From positions 28,042,409 to 28,106,408 of the forward strand of contig NC_068998.1 of assembly GCF_001194135.2 (NCBI RefSeq): 64,000 bases of DNA. Reading direction: 5' to 3'. Shown here piece after piece: positions 35,075 through 48,640 of this stretch (its first letter is position 1; each line of letters begins with the position of its first letter). The notes beneath the pieces were generated by a model. The model did not search any database. It saw only the letters and a program-made list of their open reading frames with translations, and was not told the origin of the DNA. The translations under genes were made by a program, and so were the position numbers. Source of the DNA: Octopus bimaculoides (taxonomy: Eukaryota).

Positions 35075-35663
35075 AAAACAATCAAAATCGAACGAAATTC
35101 GACGACTGGCACCCATGCCAACCTTTCCTTCATTGGACACTAAACCCTGCTTGTGAAGACATGTTGGGCAAGTGAAATCGAAATTGTAATTGAACCAAAT
35201 TCGATGACTGGCACCTGTACCAGTGGAGTGCTAACAGCACCGTCCGATCGTGATCATTGCCAGAGCAGCTGTCTGGCTTCTGTGCCGGTGGCATGTAAAT
35301 AGTACCATTTGAGTGTGTTTGTTACCAGTGTCGCCTTACTGGAACTTGTGCCGGTGATATGTGAAAAAACATTCGAGCGAGGTTGTTGCCAGTGCCGCTG
35401 GACTGGCTTCTGTGCAGGTGGCATGTAAAAAACACCATTTGAGCGTGGCCATTGCCAGTACTGCCTGACTGGCCCTCGTGCCGGTGGCACATAAAAGCAC
35501 CCACTACACTCTTGGAGTAGTTGGCATTAGGAAGGGCATCCAACTGTAGAAACTCTGCCAGATCAAATTGGAGCCTGGTGCAGCCATCTGGTTCATCAGT
35601 CCTCAGTCAAATCGTCCAACCCATGCTAGCATAGAAAGCGGATGTTAAACGATGATGATGATG
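35075..35663 (+). mobile_element. RTE 3'UTR copy with four ~66-bp tandem units and a (gat)n tail
   Basis: unit starts near 35273, 35339, 35403 and 35469. Confidence 0.85.
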
Positions 35664-36168
35664 AATCGAAACATTTTCATTGACAGAATCCAATCCAAAT
35701 TATCTACATCATAACATGGTCTGTAAGCAACATTCAGTATTCAAAATAATCAAAGTCAGTCTCTTAATTTCTTCTTCTTGCAATATCGCTAATAGTATGG
35801 CTATTACTATTATAAAGGAAAGGGTGATTTAAAAGAATACCCAAGCTGTTTAATATTAAAGGAACAGTTGATTTATAGAAAGTTATGCTGTATGCATAAT
35901 GTGAAGCTGGAATACAATGAGATTAATTCTTTTCTGTTTAAAAGCACAGTTAATAGAGATCTGAATTTAAGAAACTTTCCTTCGATCCATTTAAGTTTGT
36001 AAGGCTAATCACCTATTGAAAAATATATCTGATTATGAGGAATCTAAAACTGATTTTCACACACACATAACTCAAAATATATATAAGTTTTGAGAAGATA
36101 ATTGTGAACACATCTATCATAGGGTAATTTTATAATTTCAATGCATATAGATAAAAATTATAACGTAC

Positions 36169-36273
36169 CATGTTATCAAAAAATGGAGGGGATTTAATGT
36201 ATGATGACCTTGGATCCCAAGGGTACAATAAATCATCAGGTGTAGCAAGTTTATTCCAACGTTCATTACCAGT
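36169..36273 (-). CDS. ACO1: ACO1/IRP1 coding exon (105 nt; [35 protein letters not shown])
   Basis: ttttag/gtacgt sites; YIKSPPFF motif. Confidence 0.96.
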
Positions 36274-37089
36274 CTAAAATTGAAACAAAATGTAAGATTG
36301 GTTTTAATATAACAAACTTAACAGGTTAAAAAACATTATCTAGTTTTTAGAAAACATGGGTATATGCAAACAAAGGAACAAAGAGTAATAAACATTATTT
36401 GAAAAAAAAAAAAAAAGGAAACAAAAACTTTACAAATTATGTATATATAAATAATTTATTGTGTTTTGTTGCTATTTTTTAAATGTCTCTATTATAAATA
36501 TTTGAAGTTTGCCTATCAAAGTTTACTTATATGGAAGTACACAACAAAAGTTTTTTGAGTACTGACTTGTATCAACAAAATAATCTATAAGTAAGCAAAA
36601 GATTAGTAGTGATTCCACTGCAAGTAGGCAGTGCACCCAAACACTGCCATTATGTGATTAAAGCATGTTTTGAATTATCCAGGCTCAAAACATGCTTCAG
36701 TAAAAAACTTGGCTTTTTATAAATATTCTTTTTAATATAAACTTACAGTAAGACTTCCAGATTTGTAAAAACAAAATTACCAAACTAAATAATGTAAATT
36801 ATTAGATTATACAAAAAAAAAAAACCCTAACAATTTTGCATTTTTGGCAAATGTTAGAAAACTACAGCATCTCTGAATATGGCTTTATCCAATGTTTCTA
36901 AAAATATACAATCACATCATCAAAATTTCAAATCTACAAGATAATGCATAATTATTTCAATAAATAAGTATTACATTTATTGGTGTAATCTCAATTCTGT
37001 GTTAATCAGATTACATAGCACGATTTTCTTAAATCTCAGCTGATTAATAATAAAGAGGGGGAAATTACAGCTAATAACTTAGGTGAGTT

Positions 37090-37420
37090 GCAAAGACTAA
37101 AAAGAAATCGGACAAGCATGCTCCAATGGATGTATAATGTTAATGTGCATGAATCCAAATCCAAAAGTGCACTAGAAAAAATGCTGCACTGGTAGGATCA
37201 TGTGATGCATATGGAGGTGGACTCCTACATAAAGAAGTGGCAAGCACTTCAAGTTAGTTGAAGCTGTGGAAGGAGACTAAAGAAAACATATGAAGTGGTA
37301 AAGGCTGACCTGAAGAGGCAGCATCTGACAGAAGTGACTAGGGGCTGTACTGATGGTGATATGTGTGTGGTAGTGCAGCAAACCTACCCACTCATGGCTA
37401 AATGTACCGACATGACTGTA
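37090..37420 (+). mobile_element. Decayed RTE RT C-terminal fragment
   Basis: MLQWMYNVNVHE...LHW*DHVMHMEVDS.IKK...CGRRLKKTYEVVKADL. Confidence 0.6.
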
Positions 37421-38164
37421 GTGTTTAGAGGCTGAGATATTTTGCACCATGCCAAGCCTATATTTACTACCCCTACCTCACCTTATCCTCCACCATCTAC
37501 TATTGTTTATCCACCCTTCATCTTCCTCTTTATCATTCATAACCCTGTATCATTAATTTTCCCTATCACCTGTTTTAACTGTATCATCCCCACCCCTCTG
37601 ACTCCCTTGCACCACCCTAAGCCTATGTGTAAGAGACTGCAATGAATCACACTCATCTTCTAGCTAGTACACTCAAACTTTGCCTTTCCGTACTGTCAAC
37701 CATCACTCCCTTTACTCTGAGCCATTTCTATTGCCACCCATCACCTACTCACAACTTTATTTCATCACTCAAACTTATCTTTGTCCACCTCTGCAGTTGC
37801 CAACCACATCACCCCCAAATAAGTCTGATTTTCTCATTATACTCTTGCATCTTTTACCCATCCATTCTGGTTTTTCTGATATTATTACTCTGTCTTTCCT
37901 ATTCCCCTCTTTGGTCACCTGAACAAATGTACATACCTTGGGATATTGAGTACTCTCTATCCTTACTATGTACAAGGTGCTCTCTCCCTCCTATGCTGGT
38001 CACTCAAGATCCCTCCCTTCCATAGGGACTGGTGAACTAAACATCCTCCCTTCAACTGGTGCCATGAAAAATGTATCCAGTTTGCACTACACAGTAATTG
38101 GTAAATGAGAACAGTCATAAGGTCCCTTTAATCTTGTCTCACTGGAGACTTTTTAACATCTCTA

Positions 38165-38360
38165 GCATTGAAAATGCACCCAGTACACTCTGTAAACTGT
38201 TCCACAATAGTAAGATCATCCAACCATACAAACCAGATCAAATGACACGTATTAATATTAGTGTGTGGGAGCAACAGCTTCTAATAAGAAATGACTTGTG
38301 CCCTGATGATCCAACCAACCCATGCCAGTATGGAAAACAGACATGTAAAAAAATGATGAT
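38165..38360 (+). mobile_element. Decayed RTE 3' tail
   Basis: cccagtacactctgtaaa...ccaacccatgccagtatggaaaacagacatg. Confidence 0.55.
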
Positions 38361-39530
38361 TAGATCAAGTAATAAAAACTGTAAAAGTGTCCTTGTTAAG
38401 TTTAAGCAGAGAGTTGAGTTGGATTAGAGGCTGTATGGTGGGTTGTTACTTTCTGAGTAGATAAGATAATTTCAAAGGAGCTTTGCAATAAACAAAATCT
38501 CTCTCTCTCATCCCCCCCCCCCTTTTTTTTGACGGGTTTCCATTTGTTGTTGTTTTGTCCTAGGCCAGTGCTGATTAAACAGTAATGGGATCAAAAACAT
38601 TCCAATGCACCTTCTACTTATTAGATCTAGGGCTAGTGTCCTCCCTTCTTACGACAGGACATATGAGCTGTTTTATTTTTAGCAAGTTCAGGAGAATAAC
38701 ATTAAAATATATCAACAGAAACAAATATCTGTGTTGGCAGACTAACTACAAGTCAGAATTGAAGGTGCATTAGATGCACCACAATAAATGATAGCATGAG
38801 CAGCCATGGACTAACTGCATAACATTGACATCAAGATCAAGATGATCTGCTGAATAGAGATGGTGATAGTATTTGAGATAGATAGTGGAAATTTAAGAAA
38901 CTAGTACCCACATTAACTCTTTCACATTTAAACCATCCACATTCAATCCAAATATTCTAGCTGTTTTATGTTCAAACCAGCCAGATCCAGTCTCTCACAC
39001 CTACACTACAATATCATTCTAAAAATAAACGATCACATCATCAAAATCTTGACGTTATGAGACAAAGCATGATTAATTCAAAACAATGAGAATAAATAAG
39101 CATTATATTTAACAGAATAATTTGGATGCTAAAGAATTAACCAAACAGAGTTTTTTTTCCATTATAAAGACAGTCTATAAAAGGCATGTAGTGAAAGTAT
39201 CTGGTTATCAGAGGCAAAGAAGAAGGATGACTGATCTGGTATAAGACATGCAATTTGAAAAGATGATATAGACAAATATGTGACAAAAGTTGAAGATATG
39301 GAAGATGTTAGATCTGAGATATCTGTGCTTTGCAAATGTAATGAGACAAGATATAAGACAGTAAATTGCTGACTAACAGATACCTGCAATTATGTTGATA
39401 AACAAAAAACTTCTCCTGTTGGTGGTGGTGGTAGGGATGATGAGAGCAGTGACAGCAATGTGGGAACTATGGAAATTCTTAACATAAAAATTGAAGTAGA
39501 TTAAAAAAAAAAAATCACAGCTATACTTAC

Positions 39531-39590
39531 TGTTATTTTTGAATAGACTTCTTTGAACATAGCTGGAATTACATTCTTCTTTTCAACAAC
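39531..39590 (-). CDS. ACO1: ACO1/IRP1 coding exon (60 nt; VVEKKNVIPAMFKEVYSKIT)
   Basis: ttttag/gtaagt sites; VIPxMFKEVY motif. Confidence 0.94.
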
Positions 39591-40292
39591 CTAAAAGTTT
39601 AAAATATTTCAAGATTAAAATTCTTAGAACAAAGGTAAAATGTTTTGAATTCAAAGATGTAAAAATTTCATTAGAGTCTCACTGAGTTGCAAAGTCTCGT
39701 TTATCCTTAGCAACCAGTTTCTGACATCATAACTACAAACTTGCATTATCTATTTATATCAATTTCAACTGAAATTTCTAAAATTTTACAATTTTTTTTT
39801 TATAACTGAAGCAATCCATACATACCCTAAATTTCAAATAATGAGATGTGAAATAAAAACAGTTGGGCATATATCTTGATAAAACTGGCAGAAATAGAAC
39901 ACCAAAAAATAATGAAAGTTTACCTAAAGTAAATTGAAACGCCTATAAAAAGAAAGCGACTTTTATAGATTACCCTGATATTGATTTAAAAGTGAAGAAA
40001 GAAATTAAAAAAAGTGCAGGGATCATTAATACAATCTGTGCCAGAGTGATTTTTCCATGTGTATTAAACCGAGATGCTTAATTATTACACCTTATCTATC
40101 AATTAAATAATATTCAAATTCCAAATATCTTAATGACTTTGATAAAATGAACCAATTCACAACTGCCATTAGAGAAATGGCACTATCGTTGTTTTTTACA
40201 TCTGCCGTTTCTATGCTGGTATGGGTCGAAGAAGACTTCTTGAAGCATCATTCTACAGCCAGATGCTCTTCTGGCAATCAATCCTTTCCAGG

Positions 40293-40475
40293 GAAAATGC
40301 TTAGCAGCATTTTGTCCATCCTTATATCCCGAGTTCAAATTTCACCAAAGTTGGCCTTGTCTTTCATCCTTCTGAGGTCAATAAAGTTAAGTACCAGTTG
40401 AACACTGGGTTGATGTAATCGACTTAGCCCCTTCCTCAAAATTGCTGGACTTGTACCAAAATTTGAAGCCATAAT
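40293..40475 (+). mobile_element. CORE-like tRNA SINE
   Basis: gagttcaaatt...ctttcatccttctgaggtcaataaagttaagtaccagttgaacactggg. Confidence 0.7.
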
Positions 40476-40689
40476 TACATAAACCATTAGCAGGACAGTA
40501 ACAGTAGAGCATTTTTAGAATCTAATGAAGTCTATAAAATATTTTCGGATTAGATATGTACTTTGCAGCATAGTATATCAATGCGTGTTGCATTAAACAA
40601 TGTAAAAGCAAACTATTTGTTATTACTTTATAAAAACAACTATGTTGGGTACTATTACATCATTAAAATAACGAAAAAGTTTTAATCAC

Positions 40690-40754
40690 CTGGATTTCAT
40701 TTCTGGTAGGCCATATGTCTTTGAGGTATATTGGTTTTCCATCAGCACTATAAC
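40690..40754 (-). CDS. ACO1: ACO1/IRP1 coding exon (65 nt; YSADGKPIYLKDIWPTRNEIQ)
   Basis: tcatag/gtgatt sites; LKDIWPT motif. Confidence 0.95.
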
Positions 40755-41248
40755 CTATGAATTATTTTACAGAAGGTAAACTTCATTTAGAAATATAGTT
40801 TAATTCTTTAGTATGTAAAGTAGCTATGAAAATACTTGAAATACTGAGTCCAAAAATGAATTAGTATTCCATTATAAAACTGATTCACAAACATTGTGAA
40901 ATAAGTTCACAATACAAATGAAACATCATAATTCTACATAATCACAAATCAACTTAGCATTTCAACCCTCCAAATACAATATGCATGACAATAAATATAA
41001 AAATTTTCAACAGTATCAATATGCTGAGTCTATAAGTTACTTTATAAATTTTATTAGTTAACTATGTCTTAGTAAAACACCAGTTCAATAAAGTTATTGC
41101 AACCACTAATTCCATCCACCAAAATCAATAATTTCTAGAATATTCATGCTGAATTCACCTTTTAAGTAAGTTTATCAATAAACTAAATGAATAAAATAGC
41201 AGCCTAGGCTTAAATGAAGCAAGTATATGAAGTGAAAACTTCAATTAC

Positions 41249-41405
41249 CTAATGGTTCTGTTTCGAAGTCTATGCAGATAGTTCCAGCTAAAGCATAGGC
41301 AATGACTAAGAGAGGCGAAGCTAAAAAGTTGGCTCGTGTAAGTGGGTGAACACGTCCCTCATAGTTTCTATTTCCAGATAGTACACCAACAGCCACCAAA
41401 TCACC
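41249..41405 (-). CDS. ACO1: ACO1/IRP1 coding exon (157 nt; [53 protein letters not shown])
   Basis: tcacag/gtaatt sites; SGNRNxEGR motif. Confidence 0.97.
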
Positions 41406-41618
41406 CTGTGAAATAAGACAATACATTTTGAACACTGAAATAATTTTACATTTACAAGACATATTTTTACTTATGTTTTCTTTCATTTTTATGACATTTA
41501 AGAATAAAACAACAATTTCTTAACTGACACTGGACAAATTTTTAAGAAAGGAGAAAGGTAAAAGCTTAGAAACATCAGTTATAAGCAAGCTTACAAGTAA
41601 GTGGAAAAGAGGACAAAC

Positions 41619-41703
41619 CTTTTCAATAGCTGTAGATACTTCTTCAGACAATGGGCCACTGTTTCCAATACAAGTCATACAACCATAGCCAACAATATTA
41701 AAT
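41619..41703 (-). CDS. ACO1: ACO1/IRP1 coding exon (85 nt; [28 protein letters not shown]), carries two Fe-S ligand Cys
   Basis: tttcag/gtttgt sites; [12 protein letters not shown] signature. Confidence 0.97.
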
Positions 41704-41839
41704 CTGAAAATAAAATACAAAGACAATATCTTAAACATAATAATACTCCCACTGTTACTATTTTTATGTCTGGATGAATTTTTATTTGAGGAAAATTAAT
41801 GTAGATTGGAAATAGTCTTTTTATGTTCATAAAGCTTAC

Positions 41840-41975
41840 CCTAATTCTTCTAGATAAGGTATAACACCACTTTCTTTGAGGTAATAGGTAACTACACCAC
41901 TGCCAGGGGATAAACTAGTTTTGATGTAAGAAGGTACTTTTAAACCAGCATCCACTGCCTTTTTAGCCAATAAAC
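41840..41975 (-). CDS. ACO1: ACO1/IRP1 coding exon (136 nt; [45 protein letters not shown])
   Basis: ttaaag/gtaagc sites; KTSLSPGS motif. Confidence 0.97.
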
Positions 41976-42192
41976 CTTTAAAAAAAAAAAAAAAAAGAGT
42001 AGATAAAGAAAAAAGTTTCATTCAGTAAATTTTGTATAAAAATAATAATATTAATATTAATTTAAAATGCAGAGAAGAAACAAAATTTACCAAATAATGA
42101 GTTGTAAAGTAACCATTAATTTTAACATCATGAAAGGCTAAAAATGAAATTATTTCTTAAAACACAAATATAATTAAAATTTCAAAACTAAC

Positions 42193-42340
42193 CTGCTCCT
42201 AGCATAACAGAAGGGTTGCTGGTATTAGTACAACTAGTTATGGCTGCCATAACAACAGAACCATGACTTAAAATTTCTTCTTTACTTTTAAACTCAAATG
42301 GAATGGTTATATTTAATTTATCAGGAGGAATCTGGAAACC
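42193..42340 (-). CDS. ACO1: ACO1/IRP1 coding exon (148 nt; GFQIPPDK...[24 protein letters not shown]), carries the first Fe-S ligand Cys
   Basis: ttgcag/gttagt sites; aconitase signature [11 protein letters not shown]. Confidence 0.97.
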
Positions 42341-43828
42341 CTGCAAAACAGAAATGAAAGAACTCATTAACTAATGGTTCCTTATCAAATTATATTTTGG
42401 ATTGGAATTCTTTTATGTACAAATGACAATGAATTTGTTCAAAACTTTGGTAGCATCTTGCTGTACCTCAATATTTATGTTTTATATCATGAGATTCAAC
42501 ACTGTAAACATGTAAAATTTAAGATTCTAAGCATTTATTTATTAATTTGGATTCTTTCTTCACCAAGGAAAGGCATACACATAGGCATATAGATACATAG
42601 ATACAAAATGTGTGTATAGGTGTATCTCTTTCTCATATATGGAGAGAGAGAGAGGAGAAAGAGGGAGAGCAATGAATATCTACAAGAAAATTCTTATGTG
42701 GTTTACAAATAGGCTAACAACATTTTAATGCAGACAAATTTCAAAAGACATTTTGCAACTATGAAAATATTTATAAACAATATACTGAATCTTATAAGAC
42801 CCATATTTCAGAAAGGCCAAAGAATATCATTAAGAGTGATGCATTACAAAGCTGGAGCAACTTGGGGGTATATGAAGTGATGGTTCCTGCAAGCATTGAC
42901 AAGAAGAGCCAGAATTGTAACAGTTTTAATCTTCAATAGACCTTTGTATTTACATTATAGTAATAGAGATTTCAAAGAGCAATTTGGTGCCTAGATGATA
43001 TAGTGTGTATATGTTGTGGAAGGATTCCAACCACTCAACAAGTGACTAAAAGTGGACTCTGACACATTACTATAAAATAAAGAACTGTGAGCAATTGGGG
43101 GTAAGCAGTTCACTGTTAGCCGTTGGCAGAGAATGTTTAACCTCATGTGACAGTAATGTACTGTGTCATGTAAATACTCCTTTCCCCCTTTTTCGTTAAA
43201 TTATTTATCCAACACCAGGATATAAAAGTATATATATGTACATTGCAATAATAGGCAAGCACAACAAGTTAGTCAATAAAACTCTGGGGAAATTTACTAC
43301 ATGACAAAGAAGAGATGCAGTCCAACCAACAGAATTGCAATATACAATCAACTGTTTGTTTCAATGACTCACAGACAACCAGTTCACACACCTATAAGTA
43401 TTTTTATTTTGTAAAATGTTCACACAACCAACAAATCTGTCAATGATATCCAAAGATAGGAAGCAAGAAGTTATAATCTCTTCAAACTTCAAAATAAAGT
43501 AACTAGACAAGAGAAATAATAAGCACAATAGGTCTGTATCATTAATCTCCTTTTTATATACAGCAATATAATAAACTTGCACAGTAACACTTCTTGCTAA
43601 GATAGCCAACACTGTTTTGCACCAATTTCTCATTAGTAACCCAGGTATATCTACTGAAAAAAAATGGAACAAACTACATTCTTTGATCACCAAAGCAGAT
43701 AGAATCAGGAGCTCTTTCAGTAAAAGATGATCATTAACAGTAAACAGCTAAAGCTTACATATGAAAAAATAATGAAAGGTTAAAATAAAAACAGTCTTAT
43801 GTATGAAGTAATTTTGTATAAAATTTAC

Positions 43829-43957
43829 CTTGAAACCAACTGGTGATATCAAACAGTTCTTGAAATCTTCTTTCATATTTGTCACTAATACCTTGTCATG
43901 AGGACGTTTGGGTCCTGAACAGCATGAACTTACTGTGCTCAAATCCAATTCATAATA
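43829..43957 (-). CDS. ACO1: ACO1/IRP1 coding exon (129 nt; [43 protein letters not shown])
   Basis: aaacag/gtaaat sites; SGPKRP motif. Confidence 0.95.
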
Positions 43958-44989
43958 CTGTTTAAGTAAAATAATAAAAACCAAAAGAAAAAAAATCATT
44001 AACATACATTTTCCCCATACACATATGTGAAATTAAGTTTGTAACAACAAATGTTTATCAAACTATAATTTTGAACTCAATATTATATAAGCACCATAAT
44101 ATAATCTAGACAAGATAATCATTCTAAGATCTTGCAGTTATGGTTAGACTATGCTTTGCTGTTAATGACTAATAAAAATATCACAAAAACCATTTACTGT
44201 ACCACAAAAAATCATGTGCACTCTCCACTGCATTCTATATTTAACTGAATTTAATTAAAATTTCGGAGTGGTTTCCCCTATCTTTTTGTTAAAGTAAGAC
44301 GATCGTTATAAAGATGTACTATACTTTTAGTTAACCTCGAGGCTTACTGTATGAAATATGCTTGCATGCACTTTACTACATGAGAATGTTGTACTTCAAG
44401 TACTAGCCATTTGCCTTTACAATTCACTTAGATAATATGTAAGTTCTTTTCTTGGAGTCAAATATCTTTGAAACATTTCTCAAAATGGAGAAAAATATAG
44501 ATAATGTGTTCTAAAAGTAATGAGTAATAAGATTATAAAAAAGGGAACTGGCTGTTAAGTAAAGTAATAAATAAAAAAAAAGCTGAAGATTGTACAGGAT
44601 GGTACAAGTCAAATCTTAAGTCAGCATAATAAACTTTCAATAACCAAATTTCTGTTACTGATATTAACAAAGGAAATCTTAAGAGACAAATCCTTATGGC
44701 AAAGAAATTATGCTTTCAAGCAAGCCTTATCAAAATTATTTGCTGTAATCCAGCTGGGGAAATCAGTACCTATCTTGTTGAACAACTAATGTTAAACAAG
44801 GTGTCTTGAGATTAAACATTTTTTTCAATAATCCAGGTTGATATCTAAATCCTAAACTGAATATAAAATTGCTCTGTCTGAAGACTGAACATCAGAAAAT
44901 CAATCAAATCAATATACAATTGTAATAAGAGATAGTCTTACATTATAAGGAACAGACTACCTTTGAAACACAATCTGATTGTACAGATA

Positions 44990-46231
44990 CAAGGGGCAGT
45001 CAAAAGTTAACTGTACTTTTGCCAAAACTTTCTTTAGGTTGGTTGCACTGCCTTCAGCACTTGCATATTAAAAGGTGGCACTCTTGTGGATATGTAACCA
45101 AGGTTTGGCCTTTATTGTTACAATTTTCTTTTTTTGTGTTATGGAATAAACATGGCCACTCCACTGCCAGTGTGCACCAAGGAAGAACAGAGATTAGTGA
45201 TCTGATTTCTCTGGCCTGGAGGTGTGTCAAGGTTTGAAATTTATTGCAGGCAATATAGGGACAGTGCTATACTGCATAATAGTGTGTATGAGTGGAATGA
45301 CAAGTTTAAAAATGGCCAGAGAAATGTGAAGCATGAAATGGGAGTAGGACACCCATCAACCTCCACCACTAATGTGAAGATTCAATAAGTTCAAGGGGCA
45401 GTCCTGGCAAACCAATGAATGACCATCAATGAGGTGGCATGTTCTCTGCAAATTAGTCATGTTTCTGAATACGAAATCATCTTTGATGAGCTTTACTTCT
45501 GTAAAGTCTGTGTGAGATAGGAGGCAAGAGAGCTTATCAAAGTGCATAACCACAACCAGTACTACGATGAAGGTGAAGCTGTTTTGGAAAGAATAGTCAC
45601 ACCAGATGAGACTAGGACCCATCACTTTGAGCTAGAATTCAAAAGGTAAAGTATGGAGTGGAAACACCTAGAATCGTCACCCAAAAAGAAATTCAAGACT
45701 CAACTTTCCATAGAAAAAGTGATGTTTTGGGGATGCAAAAAGGCCTATACGGACACATCAACTAGAAAAGGGGTCTACAGTTACCAGTATAGATTACAGT
45801 GAAACCAACAATCCACATCAAATGCTGAGGTCTATTGTCAAAGCAAGTATTATTGTTGCATGACAATGCATTCCCACATATGGCTGCCCCTGCCCCAGTT
45901 GAAACCATTGCAAAATCGGGTTTCAAGCAGCTAGAACATCCTGCATAAAGTCCAGATCTCACCCCTTCTGACCATCACCACTTTGGACCATTCAACCATA
46001 CTTTACAAGGTCATCAATTTCCTAAGAATGACAAAACACATGAAGTGATACATAAATGGCTGTGCAACTAGCCAAAAACCTTCTTCTCTGATGGAATAAG
46101 CAAACTAGTAGACAACTGGAAAAAGTACATCAGAAAGCAAGGAGACCGTGGAAAAAATTATGCATTGTTCAACCCCTGCTTTTGATTAATAAATTACAGA
46201 AATAAGAGTGCATACAATTTTTGACTTACCA
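44990..46231 (+). mobile_element. Near-full-length decayed mariner (DD34D-type) element
   Basis: imperfect TA-flanked TIRs; transposase with stops: CTKEEQRLVI*FL...VYEW..KFKNG...IVTPDET..HH...LLHDNA.PH...EHPA*SPDLTPSD.H.FGP. Confidence 0.88.
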
Positions 46232-46348
46232 TATATTTATATTCTAACTAGAGAAGACTATAATCAATCAGAATTTACCAATAATCAAAAACACTTTTTC
46301 CTTTAGATGTTAAATAAATTTCTAGATAAGAGAAATTCTACAACTTAC

Positions 46349-46449
46349 ATCACTATATATAGGATCCTCCTCAGATTTGGTATAATCTCTAAACATTTTG
46401 TTTGCTTTAAGGAATGTTTCTATATATAAAAGTTTTTCTTCACTGCGAT
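46349..46449 (-). CDS. ACO1: ACO1/IRP1 coding exon (101 nt; RSEEKLLYIETFLKANKMFRDYTKSEEDPIYSD)
   Basis: ttttag/gtaagt sites; in frame; colinear with the corresponding IRP1 segment. Confidence 0.93.
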
Positions 46450-47195
46450 CTAAAAAGAAAGAAAAGTTTGCAGAAAAAGTGAAATGTAGCAATTACATAC
46501 CACATCATAAAATATATATATATAATTAACTGTAAGAACATAACAAACTGAATCTCATTTAGATTCAAAGTAAATTGTTTTCATGTCTAATAATGACTGA
46601 CAACAACCATTTTCCTATTTTTGTATAAGTCTAGAATCCCAAGTAACAACACTCGTATTCCGATATCTAAACCTCAATTATCGAAACTGTGTTATTTTTA
46701 GACATAACTGAAATTTACTTAACTGAATGTCATCAAAATGCTTGTTTCAGAAAAATGTATGATGTATATGAATCAGACGTGAGCAAAAACTGATCCTCAA
46801 AACCTTGATTTTATCCAAACCCCCATTCACTTATAGATGGTAAATATTTCTCATTACGATAAGAAATGCTTTGTGAAAATTATTCAACCTTGACTGCTTT
46901 AAGTTTAGACATAAAACAGCAAATCTTAGATTTATGTAAAGTATCACAATACTGCAAGAGATAAGTTTTATAAAGTGACATATCCTTCAGTAATTATCAA
47001 AAAGAAAATAGTCATCAGAATTTTTACTTTAATAAATGTCTAATACACACAAGCACAAAGAAAAGATGTTAATGCAAAAACAAGATGAAATAAACCAAAG
47101 TAAATACAAAAATTAGCAATGGACAGATGAAAGAAAGTAAACTTACGCGCGCGCGCGCACACACATCTGATTAAAAGTAATGTCAAAAATCTTAC

Positions 47196-47367
47196 TGGTT
47201 TGTTGAAGATAATCCATACTCATTTGATCAATTGGAAAATAACCAACAGTAGCTCCATATTCAGGACACATATTGGATATGGTTGATCGATCAGCAATAG
47301 AAAGTTGGGCAACTCCTGGGCCATAGAACTCAACAAATTTACCAACAACACCAACACTTCGTAGATG
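47196..47367 (-). CDS. ACO1: ACO1/IRP1 coding exon (172 nt; [57 protein letters not shown])
   Basis: gtctag/gtaaga sites; conserved GKFVEF and NMCPEYGAT motifs. Confidence 0.97.
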
Positions 47368-47849
47368 CTAGACAGAATAAAAAGAGAACATCTTAATATA
47401 TAAATATAGAAAACTTTAAATCACACACTTGGTTTTTTTGTTGTTGTTGTTGTTGTTAGTTTTGTTCTATGATGTTGCTGAGAGAGGTGGGAAAGAAAGT
47501 ATCCATATGGTAGAGAGAGAAAATTAAAGAAATGAAGCATATGACTAGGTCAGTGAGAATAAAGAAAGAAAGTGAATGAAAGAAAAAATAAGTGAAAAAA
47601 GATAAAATGAAATACAAGAAGAAAATGACAAAGACAAGGAAGAAATAAACTTCATTTTTGACAGGCATCACAATAATTTTCAAATAAAGATAAAGCCAAG
47701 ACTCTAGTTACAGCATCACTGAAAATGATTGCCATAAAAAAACATACAGAAGAAACCTTGAGCTTTTCTTTATCCCGAACTACAGCTAAAACTTTTAGTC
47801 CCTTGCCCCCCCAAAAAATTTCATCAACTTGATAAAATTCTCTTTCCTG

Positions 47850-48420
47850 CCATCCCTCAACAATGACAGTTCTGTGGGCAGACAAGGCCATTAGCTCTAA
47901 TACTGTCATTACCCTCAAATACTGCACTTCAGAGTTTGACCTTAAACTCACCCAATTCCTATCTCTCAATAGAGATATTTCCTGATCTTAATGGTAACAG
48001 AGACAGCCATTAACAACAACCATGAATCGTTCACCTTAACCAGCAGCAGAGCTTTTGTAAAACCTTCTCCTTAGAGAAATTTAGTGAAAGTAATGTTGTT
48101 ACCTTCAACATCAAAGTTCCTCTACATACTGATGTATCTCATCATCTGCACCCCCATCTTAGTCCATCATTCTCTAAGCATCCAGGCTCATCACCTCCCA
48201 TGACACACTGTCTGTGACCTCTCTTATGCTCACTTTCTTGTTCCTTAAGTGTTTGCTCTAGCACCCCATCACTACCTTCCCTTTATCACCTTTAGCCATG
48301 AATCTTCTCTATAGCAAGACGCCTGTGCATGTTTCTCTATTATACTTTCCTACACAAATACTTCCTCTTAGTAGTGGGAATTTTCTCCCTCTTCTCTTCC
48401 CCCCCCCTGTTCCTTTCTGT
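47850..48420 (+). mobile_element. Possible decayed Penelope-like RT fragment with a CT-rich tail
   Basis: VLWADKAISSNTVI (cf. PADKG..VV) and VTFNIKVPLHTDV (cf. TxDVxSLYTNI); weak. Confidence 0.25.
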
Positions 48421-48454
48421 CTTATAAGTTACACAGCAACCTCACTAATGCTTG

Positions 48455-48640
48455 TGGCACAAAAAGTGCACCCACTCCACTCTGCAAAGTGGCTGGCATT
48501 AGGAAGGGCATCAAACCAGAGAAACCAAGTCAATGATGACACTGGAGTATGATGCAGCCCTGCAGCTTCTGGTTCCCTGTCAAATCATCCAACCTGTGTC
48601 AGTATGAAGAGTGGCTGTTAAATGATGACAATGATAATGA
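48455..48640 (+). mobile_element. RTE 3' tail
   Basis: cccactccactctgcaaagtggctggcattaggaagggcatc...gttaaatgatgacaatga. Confidence 0.7.

Noticed and set aside
35270-35530. Regularly spaced 66-bp units (and the 32-bp array at 1-250) suggesting a CRISPR array
   Set aside because: Whole units are homologous with no unique spacers, the context is eukaryotic, and the 66-bp units are part of an RTE 3'UTR.
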